A stretch of DNA of 64,000 nt from Azolla caroliniana (lineage: Eukaryota > Plantae > Polypodiophyta), in contig JBHGNT010000020.1 in NCBI GenBank assembly GCA_043228905.1, positions 11,284,001 to 11,348,000 of the forward strand. Reading direction: 5' to 3'. The notes under the pieces were generated by a model. The model had not been told where the DNA came from, searched no databases, and saw only the letters and a list, made by a program, of their open reading frames with translations. Both the position numbers and the translations under genes were made by a program. Positions 23,786-35,000 of this stretch are shown piece by piece. Each line of letters begins with the position of its first letter. Positions within the stretch are counted from its first letter, which is position 1.

Positions 23786-23838
23786 CTAGGGATGTCCAAC
23801 CAAACGACTCCTATTTTGGCTGGACTTAGTCGTTTAAC
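23786..23838 (-). promoter_or_regulatory. Putative gag/pol -1 frameshift signal (slippery GTTAAAC plus pseudoknot)
   Basis: G TTA AAC, 6-nt spacer, stem GTCCAGCCAAA/TTTGGTTGGAC, loop TAGG pairing with downstream CCTA. Confidence 0.6.
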
Positions 23839-25040
23839 ACTTCTTCTAACTGACTAAGGACATCAAATTTGTTCGCTAGATTTGGTCTATTAGTACTATT
23901 AGGACTATCAGATATCCCTACTAAAATAGACTCGGGTTTAGTACAATTAGAACTAGCAATTATTTGGTTTACCTGCCTTCTTGGCCTATGGGGACAATTT
24001 ACCGTGATATGCCCTGGTCCACCGCAATAAAGACATAGTCGGTTTGCTCGGTGTCGTTGCTTTTCTTCTTCCGATAACGTTCCACGACGGCGTGTGGTGT
24101 CAATTTCCATCGGAGTTGGAGTACTTACTGGAGGCGCATTATATGACTCCCCCGGAAAAGGTTTCGCTACCACTGAGGCGTAGGTAGGCTCTAATCTTGC
24201 CCTCGGAATCTGGAATTGTCGTTCCGAACGTCATTCGAAGAGGCGGTTATCGCATCTCACCGCACGACTGATTGCTTCTGTTAATGACTTTGGCTCTTCG
24301 GGGAAGGTTAAGAGTAAATCCTTGACATCGTTGCGTAAACCATAACGAAATTGCTCCATCAATGCGTGATCATCCCAAGGGATATCAACAACGAGTAGGC
24401 GGAAATCTGCAACGTATGCGGAGGCTGGACGGACACCTTGGCATAATCGCCAGATTTTGTTGATTGCAGTCCTTATGCTGTCAATATCTCCAAAACAAGC
24501 CTTAAACTCACTTATAAATTCTTCAAAATTGTTTAGTAATGGAGATTCCTTTTCCAACAATGGAGCAAACCATGCTAACGCTGAGCCACTAAGGAGAGTG
24601 CCTACTAGTCTCACTCGTGATGCATCGGTGGGATATCGAGAAGGATGCATTTGTATCACTAGACGTACCTGATTCAAAAACCCTCTAAATTGTGATCGAG
24701 TCCCATCAAATTTTGCAGGAAGACCGATCTTGGGTTCTTTGTGAATACCTTGAGTGCTTGATCCTTGTTGTTGTAATGATACGATAGTCACTTCGAGTTG
24801 TTGTACACGTAACGTCAGCTCCCCATGTTGTTGTTGTTTTTCCAGCGCTATTTGTTGAAGATCCCCCAACAAACGATGATTTTCTTGTTCTAGTGCTACA
24901 AATTTCTCTTTTAAGCACTAGAGCTCCGAGAAAACAGATTGGTATTCCTGAGCACTAACAATTTCCATTTTACTAGGGAGGATAAGAGGATTAATAAGAA
25001 GAGAAGAGGAGGAAAGGAAGATACGGAAGGAAGAACGAGA

Positions 25041-25052
25041 AAATCGGTTCAA
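25041..25052 (-). promoter_or_regulatory. Self-priming primer binding site of the chromovirus
   Basis: Minus TTGAACCGATTT 2 nt after the 5' LTR; perfectly complementary to minus AAATCGGTTCAA at 25264-25253, 33 nt downstream of TATAAAA (25297). Confidence 0.85.
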
Positions 25053-25404
25053 ACTGTCAGGAACAGTACTAAGACAAAGAAGGAATTAGTACTAAAAGAA
25101 GTATTAGTACTAAGAGAGGTGAAGAACTCTCGAGAGAAGGAAAGAGTGAGTAAGAGGGAGAGAGAGAGAGTGTGTGTGTGTGTGATGATAAGAAAAGATA
25201 TATATTATGTGAAGAGAATGTACAGTAATAGCTAGGGGGCTTAAGACTGGCGTTGAACCGATTTGGTTCGAAATAATGCCTTGTGCCTCCTTTTATAGTG
25301 TTCTCAGGAATACTCCTGAAGTTTGTAGAATGTTCCAGAGAAATCTGGAATATACATCAATTTTCTATAATAAAACATAAATGAAAATAATATTCTACGT
25401 ATTA

Positions 25405-25474
25405 CAATGTATGGTGTAATGGTCAAGAGCTCGACCCGTGTAGCATAAGGTCATGGGTTCGAGTCTTGCCATAT
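25405..25474 (+). promoter_or_regulatory. tRNA-derived Pol III internal promoter in the chromovirus 5' LTR (A box 25412-25422, B box 25456-25465)
   Basis: TGGTGTAATGG ... GGTTCGAGTC (consensus B box). Confidence 0.7.
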
Positions 25475-25903
25475 CATGACAGATACGTACTCGTCGAAGA
25501 CTACGTCTCGACTTACGCGAACTTCTCGCGTCGACGGGTTGTAGCACTTGTACGCCTTCTTCTCGGACGAGTATCTTACGAGGATACATCTCTCCGACTT
25601 CGTGTCGGGCTTCTGTCATTATTTGTTCGCAATGCTTCCGAACACTTTGAGATGTGTCGTTGTTTGTTCGGGATGCATACATTCGCAATGCTTCCGAACA
25701 CTTTGAGATGCGACAGGATCGGCTTCCTTCCGACAAGGAGCTCATAGGGAGTTAGCTCATGGACTCCATTGGTGGTGCATCGATTCATGAGATAGACGGC
25801 CGTGGATGCCACTTCGGCCCAATAGAAATTCGACATGTGCTTTTCATGCATCATGGCGCATGCTACCTCGAGTATTTGTCGATTTTTCCTTTCGGCGACA
25901 CCA

Positions 25904-27133
25904 TAAATTTTAATGACATAGGCAACCAAAGATAGACTAACAAGATGATATGCAACCCTCTCACTCTTAGAGAGACAATGCCAACATGCATACTTTCCCT
26001 CATGTATGCATTAGTGGTTTGGGCCCCAAGGCTACCACCTTTCAAGTGGTCGTAATTAGGGAGACCATTGGTGATGATGTTATCACGTTAACTCCGAAGC
26101 AAATCGACAGTGCCACATGACATCATTAGAGCATATCTCACTTTACCCTTTATGTTAGTAGAAGCATGTTTTCAACTTGTAGGTTTTATTAATAGGATAC
26201 ATAGTCAATCATGGAATAATATATCTCATCAACCTTTCGAGGCATCTCAATCACTCTATGAGTTCAGCAATACTATCTCTTAATATAACATCATGGTAAG
26301 TTGGTTTTTTGCAAACACCATAGACATTAATAACCTACCTTCCCTTAGGTACAACCACAAGACCGATAAAACTTTAATCTCTCATGAGGACCGTAATAAA
26401 ATAATACACCAAGAAATATGGCAAATTTACACTCGACATAGATGGATCAACCCACTAGAGCCACTCCCATCTAAAATGTTGTACTACAACAAACACTTCA
26501 TGCACTTCTCTATGTTAGGTTTTATTATACAACCAAAATATCTAGATACGTTCTTACCAAATTTCACTAAGGGTTACCATTGGACAACTCAGAGTATCAT
26601 CTCGCCAACATGAGGTTGAGATTGGTCATGCTAATGGAGACCCCATAAAGGAAAGGATATTTAGATTGTCACATAGAGATAGAGGATGAGTATCACTTTA
26701 CATGCAAGTGTCCAACTTACGTTGAGATAAGTGCAAAATACCATGACATACTAGGACCCTTTGCCACCCTCTTCAAACTATTAGATACCCTAAATATAAA
26801 GAAATTAGATAGATATATTATAGAGCTAAAACAACATCATGATAATAAGCTACAAAATGCTAACCATAACCTTTCTAATATTCACCCTTGTATGTGCTTG
26901 TTTTTCTCCCTTTTCATTACAAACTCTCCTTGTACAAAGCCCCAATGGTTCGATGCATTGAGCACGAACTGTAGACACCGCCTAAAAGCTATGGTCAGGG
27001 TACCTTTTACATCGAGACTATGGGCCACATCCACATCGACCTCCCACTCCTTTTCGAGATTGGGTACACATCCATTTTGTTGTAACCAATTGTCTAATGG
27101 GCCAAATTTGGTTTTGAAGACGTTAATCAACAT
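25904..27133 (+). mobile_element. LINE copy 1, right part (resumes the element broken at 9765)
   Basis: Colinear with 27820-29350 (with internal deletions), including the HFTCKCPTY zinc-knuckle region and the 3' end motif. Confidence 0.85.
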
Positions 27134-29375
27134 AGGATGGCGAGCTGAGCACATCATATATGCTCGAGAGTGCCTAGCCCCCCTTCTCACTCGAATCTTC
27201 AACCGTGCCCTTGCCGAGGGTTTTCCACCACAATGGGCCATGAACACAGTGGCCCCTATACATAAAGGAGGGGACCCAATGGACCCAAATACATATAGGA
27301 CCATTATGATAGGTCATATGCTCGCTAAACTATATCATGCTCATATATATACCAAATGACATGATCTGGGCCATTTATGCCCTATATGAGCAAGTCTCTA
27401 GGTGCGTAAGATGCCCAGGTGGCCTATCTGATTGTTTCACTAGCTCCATTGGTGTAAAACAGGGTTGCCCCCTATCACCGACTCTTTTTGGGACCTACAT
27501 TGATGAGATCACTAATTTTATTGCTCATAAGGGAGGCAAGGGAGTAGCTATTGGGGATATGCAATTTAGTCTCTTACTCTACGCAGACGACATTGTCTTG
27601 CTCTCGAAGTCGGAACACGACCTACAAAAGCATCTTAATGCCCTAGATGACTTTTGTACACAACGAGGACTAGTAGTGAATCTAACGAAAACTAAAGTCC
27701 TTATCTTTCATACATCGTCCCGAGTTAGGAGTAAATGTCACCTAATCCTCTCTCATAAACTAGTTGAGGTCGTGGGATCATATGTATACTTGGGAGTCAC
27801 TTTTAGTGCTCGCTCAGGTAAATTCTCGATGACCCAGGCAGCCAAAGATAGGCTAACGAGAGGGTATGCATCCCTCTCACTCTTAGAGAGACAATGCTAC
27901 CAAGCATACTTTCAAGAACCACGGACTAAGGGATGGCTCTTCGACTCATTCGTGACCCCTTCCCTCATGTATGCATCAATAGTATGGGCTCTAGGTCTAC
28001 CATCTTTCATGTGGACACAATTAGAGAGACCTTTGGTGACGATGTTATCACGTTAGCTCCGAAGCAAATCGATAGTACCACATGACATTATTAGAGCAGA
28101 GTTCAGTCTACCCCCGATGTTAGTAGAAGCACTCTTTCAAGTGGTAGTTTTTATTCATCGGATACATAGTCAACCACAAGATAGGATATCCCGTCGAGCC
28201 TTTGAGGCATCCCAATCCCTACATACATCTGGAGACACTAGCTCTTGGTATAGCATTGTGGTGAGTTGGTTACTTGCAAACGGCATAAACATTAATAACC
28301 TACCTCCCCTTAAGTACAATCATGGGACTAGTCAAACTCTAATCTCTCGTGAAGACCGTAATAAAGGGATACACCAAGAAATATGGCAAATTTACACTCG
28401 ATATAAATGGATCACCCCACGAGAGCCACTCCCATCGAAAATTTTGTGCTATAAGGAACACTTCTTGCACTTCTCTAATTTAGGTTTTATTACACGACCA
28501 AGATATCTAGATACATTCTTATCAAATGCACTAAGGGTGGCCATTGGACAACTTAGGATATCATCTCACCAACTTGAGATTAAGAATGGTCATGCTAATA
28601 GAGTCCATAGAGAGGAAAGGCTATGTAGGTTATGCCATATAGAGATAGAGGATAAGTATCACTTCACATGCAAGTGCCCAACTTATGCCGAGATACGGGC
28701 AGAATACCAAGACATATTAGGACCCTCTCCCACCCTCTCCAAACTATTAGATACCCCGAGTGTAAAGAGACTAGGTAGGTATATCTTAGAACTAAAACAA
28801 TATAGGGAGAATAAATTACAAAGTGTTAACCATAACCCTTTTACTATTCATCAACATGTAACTAGTGTAATTTTTCAGGAACAAGGGGAGACAATGAATG
28901 TGGATACACTTACACCACTCAGGCTCTCCCTTGAGGAATCAGAAATGCAAAGAACAACCAAACGCCCTTGGATATTGGGCTTCAAAACAAGTCGACGTGG
29001 AGTAGAAAAGATTAAGAAGATAAGGGAACGTGAGCTACGTCGACTAGAAGCTATGGTTGGGGTATCTTTTACATTGGGACCACGAGCCACATCCACATCA
29101 CAACCCTTTGACCTCCCACTTCTCTTCGAGAGACTTGGATGGAAATGAAATTAGGCCTAGTTTAACATCATTTTCATTGTAGAACATGTTTTTTATATAG
29201 AATAGTTTTGTTATTTTCTTAGAACTATTTAGCTTAAACTCTATTTTTATCTTATTTTTATTTTTACTTTCAATGAATGGGTAAATATCCCATTTTTTTG
29301 TAAACCATTTGTCTCATGGACCAATTTTGGCCTTAGAATACGTTAATATATCTTTATATATATATATATATATAT
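27134..29375 (+). mobile_element. LINE copy 2 (RTE/RTEX-like), 5'-truncated, RT plus C-terminal CCHC, (TA)n tail
   Basis: GVKQGCPLSPTLF, LLYADDIVL, YVYLGV; LRISSHQLEI...RLCRLCHIEIEDKYHFTCKCPTY. ORFs 27337-28056 and 28117-29148 are in one frame, split by one stop. (TA)n near 29356-29375. Confidence 0.9.
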
Positions 29376-29500
29376 CATCGTAATTACCTTACCCTAAGTT
29401 TGGTAGCACTACAAGCACTGCGTTCTGGGTTCGAAACCCAACTTCTTCACCTCTTTATTATATACTTCTTATATATCTCTTAATTCATTAGATGTCACTG

Positions 29501-29571
29501 TGAAATGTAGGGGTTGAACCCATGACCACCTGGTCTCCATTGGGCAACCTTACCAACTGAGCTACATCCAT
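29501..29571 (-). repeat. tRNA-derived SINE-like head
   Basis: Minus TAGCTCAGTTGG (A box) ... GGTCATGGGTTCAACCCC (B box); acceptor and anticodon stems do not pair well. Confidence 0.6.
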
Positions 29572-30849
29572 CTAGGCAACTCCTCCGAGGACAAGGTGCC
29601 AACAAAGCTCACTCGAGAAAACTCCCATTCAATTTATTTTTTCATCCTATGTTGTCGTGATGTGTTGTGGGTGAAGAGAGAAAACTACCAAAAAGCCAAG
29701 TTTTATAATAGGTCGGGATTTTCACCACTGGAACAAAGTGAGAAGAAGAATATATGAGACAATAGCGGAGCCTTTTCACCACTAGAACAAAGTGAGAAGA
29801 AGAATATAGCATCATAACGGACATGGGGTGTGGGAGGCCTACGATAACCAAGGCCATAAAGTTGTTCATTGTAGACTCACCACACCACTCCAAATCAAGG
29901 TCACATAGTTTGGGATTCAAACATCCAAGCTTTGATGACATACAATATCATTGGGCATCATTTTGTGAGGGCACGTGGAAGGCCTAAAACTATCAATATT
30001 GTAAAAAAACTCGTGTAAATTTTGGATTCAATTTCCTTGAAACTTATTGCATTCCATGGGACTTTAAACCACCATAGATATTTATTTTGTTTTAACTCTC
30101 TCTTTAGAATTTACATGTGTGTAGTGTGATAATGAAGAATTATGTTGGTATGCTCATGAGCACAAACCATGAAAAACCATTTTCCTTCCATTGAGAAAAT
30201 TCAAGGTTTCTAATTGGTTTATTTCACGCCTCAATTATGCTACAATCTCTAACACTTAATGTAATTGAGCACAACCTTATATAATGAGAGGGGCATGCTC
30301 ACCACTTGGCTATCCCACACATTCACCATTTAGTTATCATGCATAACTATAACATAGTTGCTTACAATAATGTAAAAAGTTACTACAATGTTACATGTGC
30401 AATTGTTGTAAATAATATTATGAATGCTAGTTTATTTGTTAAGATCTTTGATATTTTTGAGGTGTTCATAAATTCAAGCCTTCCCATAATGTATGGTCTT
30501 TTGCGTGGTCACTTCATATAAAGTATGATCTTTTGTGCACTCTTGACTTCGCTTGCCTTCAAATACAAGTTCCACGAGTTGCAAGACATGAACTAGGATT
30601 TGGCTCATTAGGATGTCATTGATGGAAGTCTTCAATGAGAGTTGGGAATTAGCAAAATTGTTAACAAGTTCCCAAGTTTGGTTATTGGTGTGTAACGTAA
30701 CCAATATACCAAAGAAACATTGTTTGTTTTGCACAAACTTGGAGAAAAAAAATGGGCTCAAAATTTGTACTTTGGATTATGAATTAGTGGAGTTGGAAGT
30801 GGGGGAAGAACTATGTGATATGGAATAGAGTTGGTAGCAAAAGGCTTCA

Positions 30850-31560
30850 AGAGTTACATGTGGAACTCTAGGTGGGGAAAAATATACGAGAAGATATAAA
30901 CAAAATGCAACATCATTGATCTAGCCAATGATAATGAGTACTAATGGCATAATAGTCTTCACATTATATCATAACAACCAAACTCAATCTCCAACACATA
31001 ACTTAGGTTTTTCTAGAGAGGAATCAAGGCAACGACGATGCAAAAGAGACATGTGGGAGGCTTGAACACTACACAAATAGTGAAAAAACTTTGCTTGGGG
31101 CTCTAGGAGTGGAATGAGATGATCCTCATTAAGGAGATGTTTGATGACAACCCGTGTTTGCAACAAATAGCTAATGGAGGAAGATATTGAATAATTGGCA
31201 ACAAACTCTGCAAAATGCAATAAGTCACCCCAATCATCAAACAAGTGGTTGATGAAACAACAAAGATATTGCGGCAATGTTTGATTTATACGTACAACTT
31301 GGTCGTCAATTTGGTGAAGAAAGCCTACAATAAAAATCAAACAGCTCGAGGTGAGTGCATCCCAAATTTTGAGATAAATCGTGGCCTGTGATGATTGATA
31401 ATGTCACGTGGGAACCCACAATGCATGAATACTTCTTGCATAATCAAATTGATTATCTCCTTACTTATTGATAGCCTTGGTGCACGATCTTAGTGAATTG
31501 ATCTACCAATCAGTAGAATAACATCCAAGCATATGGGAGGAGATAGGATAGTTGTAATGA
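30850..31560 (-). pseudogene. Old Ty3/gypsy integrase relic
   Basis: DDQVVRINQTLPQYLCCFINHLFDDWGDLLHFAEF resembles [35 protein letters not shown] of the chromovirus. Confidence 0.65.
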
Positions 31561-31698
31561 AACGATCTAAATAAATGAATTTCTTTCTCTATTGGTCAAC
31601 ATCGTCCCATCCAATGAGAAGGGCCTTTTGTCCCCCCGCCCATTTCCGATGGCTAAGGCTGTAGCTTCTTATTGTCCGATCGTGTCCCAAACCCCACA

Positions 31699-31836
31699 GG
31701 TTTAAACGGTTTCGGTTCAAATGGTCTCATCATCATGGTTAACTTCGGCTCGGTTTAAGTTTCATTGCTTGTAAACGGTTTCGGTTTGAAACGGTTTGAG
31801 TTTGACACTGTCGAACCGAACCGTTGCCCATTGCTA
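31699..31836. mobile_element. hAT-like MITE end with AAACGG subterminal repeats, just upstream of the DUF218 gene
   Basis: Multiple AAACGGTTT(C)GG motifs ending AACCGTTGCCCATTGCTA; similar to 36990-37212. Confidence 0.5.
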
Positions 31837-32004
31837 GACTGAGAATGAGGGCAATTGAATTGGGCTCCCCTGCTCATATTCCATATCATTTCTTTTTGGC
31901 TATGGAATTCTGCCACTTCTCCTTCTTCATGCCTCCATCTCTGATCTCAGAGGAAGAAGGAAACGCTACCACAGAGATTATTTGCAGGAAACAGGGACCA
32001 ATCC

Positions 32005-35000
32005 ATGCTGAAGTCGAAGCAGAGCTTAACAAGCGCACGGAGATCCCTGATGGCCTTCAGCAACGTTAATAGTACTCATATCAATGGTCAAGCTGAAGTA
32101 GATAGCTCAGATATGGAAGAATCTTCCATAGATCTAGAGATCGGCATCCCCCATCCTCTCCACCGCCCCAGGAGGAAAAATCAAAAGCAAAACCGTGCTT
32201 TTCTGGCCGTTCAAGTGATAGAACTCCTCCAGAGGCGCCACAAAGTCCCCTCATGGATGCTACTTGTTGGTGCGTCTGCAGTCATGGTGTGTGCTGTTTA
32301 CCTTTTCGGTGCCATGTTCAGCGCTTTACTTTTGTCTGGTCCTGCATCTCGGTTCGCACTATCACTTCCTCAGCCTCGTCGTCTTCATCACGACTATGGT
32401 CGCTTCTCCAAGCTTCGGAACCTGGTGATGGTGGCTGGCCATTCGGTTTATACAAGTGGTTCATGTGAGAATCCAGAGAAAGAAGGTTCTTGGTTCCTCG
32501 AGTCATACCAGAAGCACCCTGGCCAAGCTTCTACATTCCTTGATCACATCAAAGGTGGAATAGAAGCAGCTTCAATGGATGACAATGCTCTTCTCTTGTT
32601 TAGCGGAGGAGAGACAAGGAAGGATGCAGGTCCTCGCAGCGAGGCACAAAGCTATTGGTCAGTTGCGGAGTCTTCTGATTGGTTTGGTGAGTCCTTTTTC
32701 TGTTCTTTGTAGCGCATTGTTGAAGTTTTTACATCATTCGAAAGTGGCATTTGTGATGAGGGTTTTTGCACGAGCATGTTACATTTGCACGGACACACAA
32801 ATACTCATATCCATAAAATTTAACATATACATACACATGTAGAAATATAGGCCATATATATTATGTACTTGTGTGTGTATATATGTGTACAGAGATACAC
32901 CCATATATTGTGATGGTTCATTCACATTAAATCAAGGGTGACCAATGTATGTATGTTGTTCAGCATCGAACTATGGGGTTTTGATAGAGCTGGTCTAGAG
33001 TATACATTTGACATTTGCGTCGTAGCTGACCTGAATCTACCCACACACATATATTTGCATGCGTGTGGAAAAACCATTCTGGATCAAGAGAGATGAATAT
33101 ATCGTTGTGTGATGCTTGACACATGTTTTTGATGTGGTCAGGGTAAATGTCCAGCATCAAATCAGCTTAACAGCGTTTTGTTAGATTTGGTTTAGAGTAT
33201 CATTTGACATTTGCATCATATCTTTGTTGCATATTGATAGCTGATACCAAATCAGTGGGATAAATGTCGCACAGACAATATCATTTTTTGAGGTTCGTAG
33301 GTTATTGGAGGAATTTGATGCACAAGGTTCATGTGTAAACCTCATGAAGCAGGGAAAGGTACCCATAAACTCAGATGTCTTCTTATGTTTCAACAGTGGA
33401 TTAGCTCGACTGAGTGGATGGGAGAGTAACTCTATTGTAGTTTCTTCCTCTGGAGGACATGAATGATAAACATATTCTTCACTCATACGTGAAGAGAATG
33501 GCAGTAATGCATGCTTTGACAATTAGTCAACATTCCTTTGTCTTCTCCATCAGTGGGATGCATGTTAGCCTGTAGATTTCTAGATTCTAGATCTACTAGA
33601 TGTTTTTTTATCACTGATGAAAAAAACGCATACTCATACATGCTATTTGAGTATACAAGCATATTTTGAAAATATTGTTTATGGCCTCAAGGTATGAACA
33701 TACATGATCGTATAGAGAATTATATGCCTTGTTTTAACATAAATTCAGATCATGTGAAAAGATAGTGTATATTTACACAGTAAAGCATCACCAAAAAGTT
33801 CTTTTTATAATTGGAATATTAATGTATATTTTAATTCCTGAAATAAATGAAGCGTGATTTGGCATTGCATTGCGGGAATTTAGCATATACCTGCACAGTA
33901 TATTGATGAAATAAACTCATTATTTTTATGTGCATCATATTGTCAGTGTGGAGGTACTTATTAGTTAACCTTTGCCTCGTTCCCATATTATTCAGCATTT
34001 GAAACATAATAAGCTCTCTACTCCAATGGACGAGGACGTCACTTTATCAAGTTCATTAACTTCCTCTTCTGTGTCAAGATCTTTTGCGGGAAATAGATCA
34101 TTCTCATAATGGTTACACTCCAACCAATGTTAGTCTCACAACACATAAGAGAGTCTGGCAACATGCTCCTCTAAAAAGAGGGTTTAAAACCTTAAAAGGT
34201 TTTAAATGTGGTTAACCACCTTAATATGCACTTTCATTGGTATTGTTATTAATTAGATCAATGGAAAATCCCATCAAAACCAGTGTCAATCAATTCACAG
34301 ACGATTGGACGTCCATAGTTTGTGTTTAATATATATGCTACACACATATCCATATAGATGCTCTAGAATCTTACCATGACATACGTAAATGTATCTTTAG
34401 GATCATATGCAAAAAAACCAAAGTCAGTACATAGAAAATATCGTTTCAAAACATTATGTTCTCGACAGGATACTGCCATACTTGTTTCTATGATTTATAA
34501 CTGTACCTGAATGACATTCTGTTTTCCACTAGGTGCCAAACAAGATGTTAGATGGAGAGCATTAACAGAAGAACATGCAAGGGACAGCTTCGAGAATCTG
34601 CTATTCAGTATATGTAGATTCAAGGAATTGACAGGGAATTATCCACATAACATAACGGTTAGTTGCCCAACCATTATAACGTATCTTCATGTTTAGTTTC
34701 TTGGTTGAAACTTGATATTGGGTCAATTGAAGTGACAAATTAATTTTAATGGGTGGTACACACATTGCCATATCTAAGTTTAACTTTGAAAGATTCAAGC
34801 TAGTCTCACTATTCAAATATCCAGTAATTCAGATGTTAATGTATTCATGCACCATGTCTAACTTCCAACTAGATAGGATTCAAATTTCAAGTTATTCTTG
34901 TTATTCGAATACCTAGATACACACATGTTTATGTGCATGCACCATATCCAACCTACTATTAAATATATAGGATTCAAGTTTCTATTCAATACCTATTCGT

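Larger units (their letters stand above)
19978..25481 (-). mobile_element. Ty3/gypsy chromovirus (Tcn1/Tf1-sushi-like), LTRs 25481-25055 (5') and 20417-19978 (3'), TSD GATAC; decayed
   Basis: TGTCA...TGACA LTRs with about 7 substitutions; GATAC at 19973-19977 and 25482-25486; PPT AAAAGGGGGATAG; PEG10/sushi-like gag (LPAKFDGTRSQFRGF, CLYCGGPGHITVNC), protease LDSRA, RT KIDLRGAY and YLDD, RNase H EADASDFALG, integrase SDRGPQF and HPQTDGQAER, chromodomain EYEVVTILDSK...YLVDWLGYSPNERAWEP (about 20500-20640). Stops and small deletions are present. Confidence 0.96.
19318..25903 (-). mobile_element. Ty1/copia element B, unit 2 (shares LTR 18856-19317; 5'-truncated; interrupted by the chromovirus)
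   Basis: PPT directly abuts the LTR at 19318; 19598-19977 plus 25487-25903 is colinear with 15981-16737; breaks off inside integrase. Confidence 0.9.

Noticed and set aside
33181-33522. 113-aa minus ORF in DUF218 intron 1
   Set aside because: No recognisable motif or supporting exon structure.
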